The notes: generated from the letters alone by a model not told the origin. A stretch of DNA of 64,000 nucleotides from Prevotellaceae bacterium (GCA_031269545.1 JAISYZ010000027.1:2367-66366); one strand, 5' to 3'; numbered from the stretch's first letter, positions 32,177-42,998 are shown. Translations and numbers: made by a program.

Positions 32177-32731
32177 CTAATAAACATACGCTTTTTTTCG
32201 TTTTTCGGCTATTTTTTTCATGCGTTCTTCTTTGCTTGATATTCCAATGCCGATACCAATGCCGCCTGCGCCGTCCAATTGTGCGCTTACTGCTTTCCAT
32301 TGCCAACTGTTGCCAACAAATCGTAATCTGACATAAGAAAGCGAATGAAGTTTTTCTGAACTTATAAAAAAAGGTATTGCTACGCCTGATTTTATTTCAT
32401 GCCGTTTATTGATTTCTACAAAAAGAGGCGACTTGCCCGTGAAATAAGCGCTGCGCACAAACAGCAGGTCGGGATTTGTTTTTTGTTTATGCAATACGCT
32501 CAACGAATCCTGTTTTACAGTGTCTTTTATCGACAGAAAAATATCGTTGTGATTTATCGTAAGCTTTGCAGGAAAAGGATTTTTCAACGAATTAAAATTG
32601 TTATTAATCGGAAGAGTCGGTTTAGCATCAAACAAAAATTTACTTGTGTCGGGCAAAGGCTGTATTTCAGTTTGAGCCGATACTGTAATCGCATATGCAA
32701 TTAAAATAAATGTTATAACAATTTTATTCAT
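32177..32731 (-). CDS. Hypothetical secreted protein
   Basis: 184 aa; signal peptide MNKIVITFILIAYAITVSAQ; I recognise no family. Confidence 0.5.
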   Translation of the reverse strand: MNKIVITFILIAYAITVSAQTEIQPLPDTSKFLFDAKPTLPINNNFNSLKNPFPAKLTINHNDIFLSIKDTVKQDSLSVLHKQKTNPDLLFVRSAYFTGKSPLFVEINKRHEIKSGVAIPFFISSEKLHSLSYVRLRFVGNSWQWKAVSAQLDGAGGIGIGIGISSKEERMKKIAEKRKKAYVY

Positions 32732-32878
32732 TATACAGCAAAGATAATCTGTTATTGTTTACTGTTAATATCCGTTTTGTGTTGTTTAATTATGTTTAAC
32801 GCAATTTATGTTACGTCAAATTCATTTAATATTCAAAAAAAACAGAATGCAAAAATCCGAAACCTTAATAAAAAATCA

Positions 32879-32886
32879 TATCTTTG
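32879..32886 (+). promoter_or_regulatory. Candidate -7 promoter box (TATCTTTG) for thyA-folA
   Basis: TAnnTTTG match 43 nt upstream of the ATG at 32929. Confidence 0.45.
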
Positions 32887-32928
32887 TAAAATAATTATGA
32901 ATTTGGATTTTTATTTTCACTATAAACA

Positions 32929-33723
32929 ATGAGAGCATATCTTGATTTACTTACTAAAATTTTGAACGATGGCACAGAAAAGCATGATCGAACAGGAGTC
33001 GGAACATTAAGCATTTTCGGTTATCAGATGCGATTCGACTTGAATGATGGTTTTCCGCTTGTTACGACAAAGAAAGTTCATCTTAAATCCATCATCTACG
33101 AATTGTTATGGTTTTTGCGAGGCGATACAAATATAAAATTTTTGAACGACAATAAAGTTACAATCTGGGATGAATGGGCTGATGCAAATGGCGATTTGGG
33201 ACATGTTTACGGCTATCAATGGCGCTCGTGGCAAACTGCTGACGGTAAATATATTGATCAAATAACGGATGTTGTAAATTCGATAAAAAGCAATCCCGAC
33301 TCGCGCCGACATATTGTTTGCGCATGGAATACGGGCGATTTGAAAAATATGGCTTTACCGCCCTGTCATGTCTTGTTTCAATTTTTTGTTGCAAACGGAA
33401 AACTTTCGTGTCAACTTTATCAGCGCAGCGCAGACGTTTTTTTAGGCGTGCCGTTCAATATTGCTTCTTATGCTTTGCTGACAATGATGATGGCTCAGAT
33501 TTGCAATTTGCAGGTTGGCGAATTTGTTCACTCTTTCGGCGATACGCATATTTATTTGAACCATATCGAACAGGTGAAAACTCAATTATCGCGTAAGCCT
33601 TTTGAACTTCCGCAAATGAAAATCAATCAGGATGTAAAATCCATTTTTGATTTCAAATATGAAGATTTTGAGTTGATAAATTATAATTGTCATCCTACAA
33701 TAAAAGCCCCGATAGCCGTTTAA
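32929..33723 (+). CDS. thyA: Thymidylate synthase
   Basis: 264 aa; active-site [37 protein letters not shown]. Confidence 0.96.
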   Translation: MRAYLDLLTKILNDGTEKHDRTGVGTLSIFGYQMRFDLNDGFPLVTTKKVHLKSIIYELLWFLRGDTNIKFLNDNKVTIWDEWADANGDLGHVYGYQWRSWQTADGKYIDQITDVVNSIKSNPDSRRHIVCAWNTGDLKNMALPPCHVLFQFFVANGKLSCQLYQRSADVFLGVPFNIASYALLTMMMAQICNLQVGEFVHSFGDTHIYLNHIEQVKTQLSRKPFELPQMKINQDVKSIFDFKYEDFELINYNCHPTIKAPIAV

Positions 33724-33728
33724 ATTCC

Positions 33729-34226
33729 ATGAAAATGAAAACATTTTCGATAATAGTAGCAATAGCCGCAAACAATGCAATCGGCAAAAACAACAACCTG
33801 CTTTGGCACATTTCGGCTGATTTGAAATATTTTAAAAAAATAACTTCGGAACATACCGTTATTATGGGAAAAAACACATGGTTGTCGTTGCCTGTAAAAC
33901 CTTTGCCCGAACGAAAAAATATTATTATTTCGCAAACATTGAACCTGAACGAAGAAAATGTTTTTGTTGTTTGTTCCGTGCAGGATGCTATTGACATTTG
34001 CGATGAAAATTCCGAAAATTTCATTATCGGCGGAGCAAGCATTTACGAACAGTTTCTACATGTTGCCAGCAAACTGTACATTACCAAAATCCATCAGTCG
34101 TTTGATGCTGATGTATTCTTCCCGAATATTGATGCAAATAAATTTACCATCGAAAGCCAAAGCCAAGTTTTCACCGACGAAAAAAGCGGACTGCAATATT
34201 CATTTTTGATTTATAAGCGACTTTGA
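33729..34226 (+). CDS. folA: Dihydrofolate reductase
   Basis: ATG at 33729 gives MKMKTFSIIVAIAANNAIGKNNNLLWH, a typical DHFR N terminus; GGASIYEQF. Confidence 0.9.
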   Translation: MKMKTFSIIVAIAANNAIGKNNNLLWHISADLKYFKKITSEHTVIMGKNTWLSLPVKPLPERKNIIISQTLNLNEENVFVVCSVQDAIDICDENSENFIIGGASIYEQFLHVASKLYITKIHQSFDADVFFPNIDANKFTIESQSQVFTDEKSGLQYSFLIYKRL

Positions 34227-34431
34227 TTGATAAATTTTTATTTTCAAACGGTCGTTTTCTGTATTAAAATACAGATATTAAAAATCTGTTTAATTTAACA
34301 AGCCTGTATAATTACTTGCATTTAATCTGATTTATTGGTATTTATTTTGTGTTTTTTTATCAAAATTATGCTCAACAAAATAATTTTCAAAGGAGATTGA
34401 AACAAATTTTCATTATGAACAAAAACTTTCT

Positions 34432-34439
34432 TACCTTTG
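34432..34439 (+). promoter_or_regulatory. Candidate -7 promoter box (TACCTTTG)
   Basis: TAnnTTTG match 36 nt upstream of the ATG at 34475. Confidence 0.45.
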
Positions 34440-34474
34440 CACTTAAAATTTATTCAAAGTAAAACAAACGCAAA

Positions 34475-36601
34475 ATGAAATTTATACAATTAATTTTAGT
34501 GGGAGGAACTTTTATGTTTGGTGTTTCATGCACTGAAAAAACAGAAAACAGCATTACATATCCCAAAGCCGAAAAACAGAATGTTATTGATACTTATTTT
34601 GGAGTCGAAGTTGCCGATCCTTATCGCTGGCTCGAAAATGATACAACGCAAGCCGTTGCCGACTGGGTTGCCGCCGAAAACGAAATTACACAAAACTATT
34701 TGGGAAAAATCCCGTTTCGCGACAAACTGAAACAGCGACTTACGGATATTGTAAATTACGAAAAAATAAGTACGCCAAGAAAAAAACATGGCAAATATTA
34801 TTTTTTCAAAAACGATGGCTTGCAAAATCAAAGCGTTCTTTACGTTAAAGAAACAATCGATGGCGAAGCAAGCGTTCTGCTCGATCCAAATACTTTGTCG
34901 GACGATGGAACAGTTGCTCTTTCGGGAATTTCGTTCTCGAACAACGGAAAATATCTTGCCTATACAATTTCCAGCAGCGGTTCGGACTGGAATGAAATTT
35001 ACGTGATGGATTTATCTACCCGACAACTTACAAAAGACTGTATAAAATGGGCAAAATTTACAGGCGCAAGCTGGTTTGGCGATGGATTTTATTACAGCGC
35101 CTACGATGCTCCAGAAAAAGGCAAAGAATATTCGAATGTAAATGAAAATCACAAAATATACTATCACAAAATAGGCGATGAACAAAGCAAAGATAAACTT
35201 GCATATCAAAATACCAAATATCCGAAACGCTTTTACAGCGCTTCGGTTGACGATGACGAAACGGTTTTATTTATAATAGAATCGGGCGCAGGACTTGGAA
35301 ACCGTCTGTTTATGCAGGATTTACGCAAATCTGGTTCGCCTGTTATCGAAATTGCAAGCGACTACGAATATGAATATTCGCCTGTCGAAGTTATCGGTAA
35401 CACTGTTTATTTTTACACAAATTACAATGCTCCGAAATATCGACTTGCAAAGGCTGATATAAATTCGCCCAAAGTTGAAGCATGGAAAGAAGTCCTTCCC
35501 GAATCTGAAAGTGTATTGACAGGCGTCAATTTTATTGCCGGACAAATGATTATCACTTACGACAAAGATGCATCGGAACATGCTTATGTTTATTCGCTCG
35601 ATGGAAAATTAAAAAATGAAGTCAAATTGCCAACACTCGGCTCTGTCAGTTTTAGCGGCGACAAAGATGACAAAGAAATCTTTTACTCGTTTTCATCTTT
35701 CACATTTCCAAGCGCCATTTATAAATACGATATAGACAAAAACGTTTCAGAACTTTACATTGCGCCGAAAGTTGCATTTAATTCAGATGATTTCGTTACC
35801 GAACAGGTTTTTTATCCGAGCAAAGATGGAACAAAAATACCAATGTTCCTCACATATAAAAAAGGATTAAAACTTGATGGAACAAATCCTGTTTATCTGT
35901 ATGGATACGGCGGATTTAATGTAAGTCTTAATCCCGGATTTTCGACAATGCGTATTCCGTTTTTGGAAAATGGAGGAATTTACGCTCAGGCTAATTTGCG
36001 CGGAGGCGGCGAATATGGAGAAACATGGCATATTGCAGGAACAAAAATGCAAAAACAAAATGTATTCGACGATTTTATTGCCGCAGCCGAATATCTTATT
36101 GAAGAAAAATATACCAATAGCAATAAAATTGCAATAGCAGGAGGTTCAAACGGCGGACTTCTTGCAGGAACATGCGTAAATCAGCGTCCCGACTTGTTCC
36201 GCGTTGCTTTGCCTATGGTTGGCGTCATGGACATGTTGCGTTATCATAAATTTACAATAGGATGGAACTGGGCAAGCGACTACGGCACAAGCGAAGACAG
36301 TAAAGAAATGTTTGAATATCTTCGCGCATATTCGCCATTGCATAATATCAAAAACGATGGAACGCCGTATCCTGCAATACTAATCACCACAGCCGATCAC
36401 GACGACAGAGTTGTTCCCGCACATTCGTTTAAATATGCTGCAACTCTGCAAGATGCAAATACGGGAAACGCTCCGAAACTTATTCGTATCGAAACCAAAG
36501 CGGGACACGGAGCAGGTAAACCGATCAGCAAAATAATAGAAGAACAAACCGATTTATATTCGTTTGTAATGTACAATCTTGACATGAAACCTGAATTGTA
36601 A
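34475..36601 (+). CDS. Prolyl oligopeptidase (S9A serine peptidase)
   Basis: 708 aa; beta-propeller N-terminal part, catalytic GGSNGGLL (Ser), DHDDRV (Asp), GHGAG (His). Confidence 0.92.
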   Translation: MKFIQLILVGGTFMFGVSCTEKTENSITYPKAEKQNVIDTYFGVEVADPYRWLENDTTQAVADWVAAENEITQNYLGKIPFRDKLKQRLTDIVNYEKISTPRKKHGKYYFFKNDGLQNQSVLYVKETIDGEASVLLDPNTLSDDGTVALSGISFSNNGKYLAYTISSSGSDWNEIYVMDLSTRQLTKDCIKWAKFTGASWFGDGFYYSAYDAPEKGKEYSNVNENHKIYYHKIGDEQSKDKLAYQNTKYPKRFYSASVDDDETVLFIIESGAGLGNRLFMQDLRKSGSPVIEIASDYEYEYSPVEVIGNTVYFYTNYNAPKYRLAKADINSPKVEAWKEVLPESESVLTGVNFIAGQMIITYDKDASEHAYVYSLDGKLKNEVKLPTLGSVSFSGDKDDKEIFYSFSSFTFPSAIYKYDIDKNVSELYIAPKVAFNSDDFVTEQVFYPSKDGTKIPMFLTYKKGLKLDGTNPVYLYGYGGFNVSLNPGFSTMRIPFLENGGIYAQANLRGGGEYGETWHIAGTKMQKQNVFDDFIAAAEYLIEEKYTNSNKIAIAGGSNGGLLAGTCVNQRPDLFRVALPMVGVMDMLRYHKFTIGWNWASDYGTSEDSKEMFEYLRAYSPLHNIKNDGTPYPAILITTADHDDRVVPAHSFKYAATLQDANTGNAPKLIRIETKAGHGAGKPISKIIEEQTDLYSFVMYNLDMKPEL

Positions 36602-36637
36602 TACAGATTATTTATTAGACATTATATTGAATGGATG

Positions 36638-36667
36638 TTCGGGGCAGGAATTTACTTCTGTCCCGAA
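36638..36667. terminator. Hairpin between convergent genes (bidirectional terminator candidate)
   Basis: TTCGGGGCAG / CTGTCCCGAA 10-bp stem with one wobble. Confidence 0.5.
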
Positions 36668-36773
36668 TGTTATTTATAAGGAAATGTTTATTATATTGAA
36701 GAAATCCGTACTTGCAGAAATAATTCCCGCCCATCAATATTAACGTCTTTAATTTTTTTTCATATACTTATAA

Positions 36774-37097
36774 TCATCTCACAAAATGCGGAATGTCGGC
36801 GGAAATTTCAAATGAAAATTCTATCAAGCCTTTTGTTTCTCCGTTTTCGTGCCATGGCGTTTGATAAATAAGTTTCTTTTGTCCGTTTTTTTCAATCGTG
36901 TAAACGTTACTCGCATTCGTTTTCAACAGTTGTTGAATTTTTTCCCACGATGCCGGCAAATGGCAGTCTTTAAGATTTTTTCCAGTCAAATCGCCGTATT
37001 TTGCAAAAGTCTGTTGCGATCTTTCGTTGCAATATATCACATTTCCCTGCAAATCGCAAACAGTAACGGCACAGTGTAATTCATCAAAATAATTCAT
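36774..37097 (-). CDS. Stand-alone PAS-domain protein
   Basis: 107 aa; PAS-like pattern (VTVCDLQGNVIYCNERSQQTF...GETKGLIEF). Confidence 0.55.
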   Translation of the reverse strand: MNYFDELHCAVTVCDLQGNVIYCNERSQQTFAKYGDLTGKNLKDCHLPASWEKIQQLLKTNASNVYTIEKNGQKKLIYQTPWHENGETKGLIEFSFEISADIPHFVR

Positions 37098-37302
37098 AAT
37101 TTTATTCGTTTTTACAAAGTTAGCATAAAATCCTCATCTACAAACAAACGAATAAAAATGTTTTACAAAATTTATAAAGGAACATTACAAAAAAATCAAA
37201 AACCAACATTTTTCAAAATATAATGTTAAATTTGAAAAAAAATCAAAACAGGATGCATCAAAACACATTTTGTTGCGTTATATATATGAGAATAGCGATG
37301 AA

Positions 37303-37845
37303 ATGAACAGTTACAAAGAAATATTAAAAGGATTGAAACACAACGACTATCGTTTGCAGATGCAATTTTACGATATGTTTGCCGAAACAACATATCGAAG
37401 CGCTTTTGCGATTTTGAGCAATGGTAGCGAAGCCGAAGAAATAATGCAGGACACAATGTTGAAAGTGCTTACAAAAACATCATTGATAAACGACAATGAA
37501 AGCGAAATGCGAAAAATATTGCGGAGAATTGCTGTAAATGCAGCGATTGATGTTTTACGAAAACGAAAGACGCACTTGCACTTTGAAGAGATTGAAAATA
37601 TTACCGACTGCATTGACGACAGTGATATTGACGAAAATGCGCTGACAGTCGAAAATATAAAACAGTCAATCGATTCGCTTGCATTGGGATACAGAACAAT
37701 ATTGATTTTGAAATTTTTTGAAAACATGAATTTTGATGAAATTGCAAAACAACTTAAAATATCGCAATCATCGGTGCGGGGACAATATTCTCGCGCATTG
37801 ATGAAATTGCGCAATCATTTGAAAAGTAATATAAATACGGATTAA
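37303..37845 (+). CDS. ECF-type RNA polymerase sigma factor
   Basis: Region 2 (EEIMQDTMLKVL...RRIAVNAAIDVLRKRK) and region 4 (MNFDEIAKQLKISQSSVRGQYSRALMKLR); ATG at 37303. Confidence 0.85.
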   Translation: MNSYKEILKGLKHNDYRLQMQFYDMFAETTYRSAFAILSNGSEAEEIMQDTMLKVLTKTSLINDNESEMRKILRRIAVNAAIDVLRKRKTHLHFEEIENITDCIDDSDIDENALTVENIKQSIDSLALGYRTILILKFFENMNFDEIAKQLKISQSSVRGQYSRALMKLRNHLKSNINTD

Positions 37846-37853
37846 AATTAAAC

Positions 37854-38354
37854 ATGCAAACAATGAAAAACATAGAGAAAAAAATATCGGAAAACCTAAA
37901 CGAAATATTCGACAGCAAACCTGCGAGCGGACATCGAGAACGCTTTGCAGTAAAACTTTCGACTTGGCAAAAACCGAAACAGAAGTCATTCACGCTGTAT
38001 TTGAAATATATTGCAGCAGCGGCGGCTGTTGTTATTGCATTTTTAGTTCTCAAAACAGAAAATATCGAAAACGGCAATACGGCGACCAACGAAATTCATA
38101 TTGCCGAAGTGAAACAATATTATAAAATGCGACTGCACGATGAAATTGATGCAACAAAAGAACTGTTGAAAAATATTGACGAACAATATCGTAACGAAAT
38201 ATTAAGCGACATCAAACTAATGGAAATTGACGGAAATAAAATTCCCAGCGCTCTTGACGACGAGCGAAAAGCCGCCCTGATTGTTTCGATTTATCGCCGA
38301 AAAATAGCATCGCTACACAGCCTGCAAAACAATTTGCTGGCTTATAATAAATAG
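37854..38354 (+). CDS. Putative anti-sigma factor (single-pass membrane protein)
   Basis: 166 aa; starts 9 nt after the sigma gene; central TM YIAAAAAVVIAFLVL. Confidence 0.5.
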   Translation: MQTMKNIEKKISENLNEIFDSKPASGHRERFAVKLSTWQKPKQKSFTLYLKYIAAAAAVVIAFLVLKTENIENGNTATNEIHIAEVKQYYKMRLHDEIDATKELLKNIDEQYRNEILSDIKLMEIDGNKIPSALDDERKAALIVSIYRRKIASLHSLQNNLLAYNK

Positions 38355-38385
38355 AAAATTATTAATTAAATAAAATCATATCAAA

Positions 38386-39672
38386 ATGAAAAAAACACTA
38401 TTAACACTGATTTTAGTATTCGCGGCAGCAATATTGTTTGCTCAAAAAGCAGAATACAAACGCGAAATAAGCAAGGATTTCAGCGTACAGACAGATGCAA
38501 AACTGTCGATACACAACATTTATGGAAACGTAAATATAGTAGAAGGCAATGAAGGCAAGATTGCTTTCAAAATAGAAATTACATGTAAAGGCGAAAATTC
38601 GGAAATTGCAAGATCATGCGCCGAAGGAATAAGCGTAGATTTTACGTCAAGCAATAATCAAGTTTCTGCAAAAACAAAATTTCCGCAAATAAAGTATGTG
38701 AACATCAACATGCAAGTAAATTATACTGTCGTAGTTCCACGCAGCGCTACGATGGATTTTAATATTAAATACGGAAATCTCACGCTTAAAGATACTCCAA
38801 AACCTTTGACTGTTGACATTTCATATGGCGGTATCAAGGCAAATATCATTTCAAATGCAAATATTAAATCACAATATGGAAATGTAAAATTAGAAAAATG
38901 TAATGAGTTAACGGCTAATTTATCGTATAGCGATTTTAATGTAACTGCAATGTCAAAAGCGAATATTGACACGAAATACGGAGATATAGTATTTGGTACA
39001 TGCGGCGATATAAAAATCAATTCGCTTTACAGTGATATTAAAGCCGATGTTACAGCAAATACAGTGATTGATGTAAAATATGCAGGCGTTGCAATAGGTA
39101 AATGTAAGGATGTAAAATTCAATTCGCTTTATGCGGATTTCAAATCAAATTCCGTTTCAGATGCAAATATTGATATACAATATGCCGATGTAGAAATAGG
39201 CGTATGTAAAGATTTGTTATTAAAAACCCGTTACACAGATTTCAAATTTGGAGAAATATCATCAATCAAAGCCGATTCTCAATACGATGATTTTAAGATA
39301 AAAACAATAAATGATTTTACAATAACAACGCTTTATACGGATATAACGATTGATAAATTGAACAACAGTTTTGCAGCATCTAAGTTTCTGTATGGAAGTT
39401 TGACAATAACAAATATTGATAAAGGTTTTTCAAAAATCAAGATAGATAATGGAATGTATTCGAATTTTAAACTCGGACTGAACGAACAGCATAATTTCAA
39501 GGCAAACCTCAATGCAGGCGAATATGGAGATATTAATTCGGGAAAAATTACACTTAGTAATGTAACTTTATCTAAAAAAAGCAATGCCATTGTCGGCACA
39601 GCAGGAAAATCCGACAATCCGAAAGCAGAGGTTAGCATTTCGGCTAATTATGGAGATATAATTTTCAGATAA
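38386..39672 (+). CDS. DUF4097-like beta-strand-repeat (putative adhesin) protein
   Basis: 428 aa; signal peptide, then many repeats of the YGDI/YSDF...(V/I) beta-helix-like unit; third gene of the ECF module. Confidence 0.7.
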   Translation: MKKTLLTLILVFAAAILFAQKAEYKREISKDFSVQTDAKLSIHNIYGNVNIVEGNEGKIAFKIEITCKGENSEIARSCAEGISVDFTSSNNQVSAKTKFPQIKYVNINMQVNYTVVVPRSATMDFNIKYGNLTLKDTPKPLTVDISYGGIKANIISNANIKSQYGNVKLEKCNELTANLSYSDFNVTAMSKANIDTKYGDIVFGTCGDIKINSLYSDIKADVTANTVIDVKYAGVAIGKCKDVKFNSLYADFKSNSVSDANIDIQYADVEIGVCKDLLLKTRYTDFKFGEISSIKADSQYDDFKIKTINDFTITTLYTDITIDKLNNSFAASKFLYGSLTITNIDKGFSKIKIDNGMYSNFKLGLNEQHNFKANLNAGEYGDINSGKITLSNVTLSKKSNAIVGTAGKSDNPKAEVSISANYGDIIFR

Positions 39673-39857
39673 AAAGAAAAATTTTTTTTTATGGCAATAA
39701 ATATTTTATAATTGCTCAAATTCGGAGCAATCACGAACAAAGCCCGACATATTTTCTAATCCTGTCGGGCTTGTTTGACTTAATGATTATGAATAACAAA
39801 ACTCTGCGGTTCTTTATGTTTTTCTGTGTAAAAAATGTTACACGGATGTTTATTTAT

Positions 39858-40052
39858 TCAGTCCTTAAAAGGAATATAAATTATTTATTAATAGATAATT
39901 ATGAATATAGATGAAAATATTCTTTCAAAATCATTAAATCAAACATTTACAGTTCAGCAATAAATAAAACCTGACAGGTTTCTGAAACCTGTCAGGTTGA
40001 AATAGTCTGTTTATTAATTTTTTATCTGGAAATTTTGCTTTTTAATAAGCAA
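39858..40052 (+). repeat. MITE-like element copy; its right end overlaps the 3' end of pssA
   Basis: Left end CAGTCCTTAAAAGGAATATAAATTATTTATTAA...TCATTAAATCAAACATTTACAGTTCAG aligns to 43004-43160; the right end aligns to 43215-43265 and contains the pssA stop. Confidence 0.5.
39968..39998. terminator. Perfect 14-bp-arm palindrome (AACCTGACAGGTTT ctg AAACCTGTCAGGTT) between convergent genes
   Basis: Perfect inverted repeat read directly; it lies between the DUF4097-like gene end and the pssA end. Confidence 0.5.
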
Positions 40053-40762
40053 CTAATTACTGATAATAAAATATACAGTATTATAGATAAACTGATTCCT
40101 GCAAAGCCGAACAATATTATGAATATCAACGATATTGCCAGAAATATTATTTTAGTAATATTTTTTTTGATTGTATGATTTTCGTCAAAATTTATTTTCA
40201 GCGCAAACATTGGAATTTCGCAAACCATTAATATCGACATCGCAATGCACAACAATATTATTGTAACATCGAAATATAAAATATCGTGAATAAATTTGTA
40301 ATCGTCGGCAGCAAGTACTGTTGATATTATGAATATTGCATTTGCAGGCGTAGGTAATCCTATAAATGAATCGTGCTGGCGTTCATCGATATTGAATTTT
40401 GCAAGGCGCAACGCCGAAAAAATAGCAATTATAAATGGAAATCCATACAAAGGTATTCCAAGAATGGGAATCGAAAGTATGTCAGGATCTAATTGAATCA
40501 ATAATTGATGCAGCATTGCCGCCGGAACGACACCGAAACTAACCATATCGGCAAGCGAATCTAACTGTAAACCCAAAGCAGAATAGGCTTTGAGAGCGCG
40601 AGCTGATAATCCATCGCAGAAATCAAAAAATACGGAAAAAAACAGGAAGTAGGCTACTATTTCAAATTCTCCTTTGAAAACGTAAACTAAAGCCAAACAA
40701 CCTGATAACAGGTTGAGCGATGTTAATATATTTGGAATTGTCTTTTTTGTTATTGTCCACAT
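40022..40762 (-). CDS. pssA: CDP-diacylglycerol--serine O-phosphatidyltransferase
   Basis: CDP-alcohol phosphatidyltransferase motif DFCDGLSARALKAYSALGLQLDSLAD; polytopic membrane protein. Confidence 0.85.
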   Translation of the reverse strand: MWTITKKTIPNILTSLNLLSGCLALVYVFKGEFEIVAYFLFFSVFFDFCDGLSARALKAYSALGLQLDSLADMVSFGVVPAAMLHQLLIQLDPDILSIPILGIPLYGFPFIIAIFSALRLAKFNIDERQHDSFIGLPTPANAIFIISTVLAADDYKFIHDILYFDVTIILLCIAMSILMVCEIPMFALKINFDENHTIKKNITKIIFLAISLIFIILFGFAGISLSIILYILLSVISCLLKSKISR

Positions 40763-40829
40763 GTTCTTAAATTTTATACATAAAATACGTTTTTTTTACT
40801 TATCTGTGAAAAATTCAAAATATTTTATG

Positions 40830-40837
40830 TAAATTTG
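40830..40837 (+). promoter_or_regulatory. Candidate -7 promoter box (TAAATTTG)
   Basis: It overlaps the TTG start used by the ORF track at 40835, supporting the ATG at 40856. Confidence 0.45.
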
Positions 40838-40855
40838 CCACAAAACTACAAAAAT

Positions 40856-41926
40856 ATGTTGAGATATTTATTATTATATGTATTATTTATCAATATTTGC
40901 GCCTGTAACAGCAACGCACGCAAGCCAAATAATGATAAAACAGAAACGCCGAAAAGTATTAAAAAAATCAATGTGAATCTTGTTTCTCCTCAAAACGGAC
41001 AACAGGTAAAACAAAATGATATAATTGATATTACTTACGAAATAAAAAGCGACAGTCTTAAAATTGACACTGCGGTTTTGTTTGTAAACAAACGTGAAAC
41101 AGCGCGATTCGCAGGAACAACTTATAAATGGACAATGACCGAAAAACGCACGGGACGACAAGCGTTGCATCTCAGCATGAGAACAAACGGCGTAGAAGTT
41201 GCAAGCACATCTTTTACATTAAAATATTTTCCGCCTGCGCCTCAATATTATTCTTATTCTGCTGTTAAACAATATCCTCACAATACAGGATTTTTTACTC
41301 AGGGTTTGTTTTTTGATGAAGGATTTTTGTATGAAGGTACGGGACAGTACGGAAAATCATCATTATTGCAAACTGAACTTGCCACAGGAAATGTTGTGAA
41401 ATCGGTAAATCTCGGCGAAAACTTTTTTGGCGAAGGCATCACGCTTGTAAACGAAAAAATTTATCAACTTTCGTGGCAGGAACATCAATGTTTCATATAC
41501 GACAAAAACACTTTCAAAAAACTCTCGACATTGTCATATTCAAACGAAGGCTGGGGAATTACAACAGTAGATAATTTATTGGCAGTGAGCAATGGCTCGT
41601 CGATTATAACTTTTGTAAATCCCGATAATTTTGCAGAAGTCCGCCGAATAGAAGTTTGCAACGACAAAGGAAATGTCAGTCAACTCAACGAACTTGAATT
41701 TATAGATGGCTTGATTTGGGCTAACGTCTGGCAATCAAATATTATTGTGATGATAAATCCCGAAACAGGAGCTGTGGTCGGCGAAATTGATTTAAGCGGA
41801 ATATATCAAAATGCAACCGCCGAAAATTGCCTTAACGGAATTGCTTATGATGTAAAAAACAAACGCATTTTTGTAACAGGTAAACACTGGGATAAACTTT
41901 TTGAAATAAAAATTGTAAAAAAGTAA
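40856..41926 (+). CDS. Glutaminyl-peptide cyclotransferase (beta-propeller type), lipoprotein with N-terminal Ig-like extension
   Basis: Lipobox FINICAC; YPHNTGFFTQGLFFDEGFLYEGTGQYGKSSL and GWGIT motifs of plant/bacterial glutamine cyclotransferase. Confidence 0.85.
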   Translation: MLRYLLLYVLFINICACNSNARKPNNDKTETPKSIKKINVNLVSPQNGQQVKQNDIIDITYEIKSDSLKIDTAVLFVNKRETARFAGTTYKWTMTEKRTGRQALHLSMRTNGVEVASTSFTLKYFPPAPQYYSYSAVKQYPHNTGFFTQGLFFDEGFLYEGTGQYGKSSLLQTELATGNVVKSVNLGENFFGEGITLVNEKIYQLSWQEHQCFIYDKNTFKKLSTLSYSNEGWGITTVDNLLAVSNGSSIITFVNPDNFAEVRRIEVCNDKGNVSQLNELEFIDGLIWANVWQSNIIVMINPETGAVVGEIDLSGIYQNATAENCLNGIAYDVKNKRIFVTGKHWDKLFEIKIVKK

Positions 41927-41927
41927 A

Positions 41928-42998
41928 ATGAACATTGAAAATATAAACACTAAAAAATATTCTGCCGATTATGAAATCAAAGTCGCCGTTGTGATTCTGA
42001 ATTGGAACGGACGCAAAATCATGGAAGAATTTTTGCCATCCGTTGTGAAATATACAACTTGCGAACAGACAAAAATTATAATTGCCGATAACGGTTCAAC
42101 CGATGATTCGCTGGAATTTTTATCGCAAAATTTTTCAGATGTAGAACAAATCGTTCTTGATAAAAATTATGGTTTTGCAGGCGGATACAATCGCGCTTTG
42201 GAAAAAGTAAATGCAAAATATTTTGTGCTGCTTAATTCGGATGTTGAAGTTAGCGAAAACTGGCTCGAACCTTTGGTTTCGCATCTCGACGAAAACGAAA
42301 ATGTTGCTGCGTGTATGCCCAAAATATTGTCGTATCGCCAAAAAACGCATTTTGAATATGCTGGCGCTGCCGGCGGATTTATTGATAAATACGGTTATCC
42401 TTTTTGTCGCGGGCGAATTTTAACAAATCTCGAAACAGATGAAAAACAATACGATACGCCCATTAATGTATTTTGGACAACAGGCGCATGCATGATTGTA
42501 CGTTCAGAAATATATAATCAACTAAAAGGATTTGACGAGGATTTTTTTGCACACATGGAAGAAATCGATTTATGCTGGCGAATACAACATGCTGCTTATT
42601 CGTTGATGTGTATTCCGCAATCGAAGGTTTTTCATCTTGGCGGCGGCACGCTCAAAACCGATAATCCCCAAAAAACCTGCTTGAATTTTCGCAATAATTT
42701 GTTTATGCTTGTAAAAAATTTACCTGCAAACAAATTCAAAAGAACGATACTGACAAGATTATTTTTGGATTTTCTGTCGGCAGCGGTATTTTTATTATCG
42801 TTCAATTTTTCTCATTTTGCGGCTGTTATCAAAGCGCATTTTCATTTTTATAAATCCATGAAAAAATTGAAGAAAAAACGTAAAGATATTTTACGATTTT
42901 CTAAAATTGCCGAAGTTCCAAACATATATCAAAAATCTATTGTGCTAAAATTTTTTAAATCAGGAAAAAAATTGAAATTTTCGGATTTGATTTTCTAA
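41928..42998 (+). CDS. Family 2 glycosyltransferase
   Basis: VAVVILNWNG, ADNGSTDDS, LLNSDVEV (DxD) motifs; C-terminal TM segments. Confidence 0.85.
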   Translation: MNIENINTKKYSADYEIKVAVVILNWNGRKIMEEFLPSVVKYTTCEQTKIIIADNGSTDDSLEFLSQNFSDVEQIVLDKNYGFAGGYNRALEKVNAKYFVLLNSDVEVSENWLEPLVSHLDENENVAACMPKILSYRQKTHFEYAGAAGGFIDKYGYPFCRGRILTNLETDEKQYDTPINVFWTTGACMIVRSEIYNQLKGFDEDFFAHMEEIDLCWRIQHAAYSLMCIPQSKVFHLGGGTLKTDNPQKTCLNFRNNLFMLVKNLPANKFKRTILTRLFLDFLSAAVFLLSFNFSHFAAVIKAHFHFYKSMKKLKKKRKDILRFSKIAEVPNIYQKSIVLKFFKSGKKLKFSDLIF

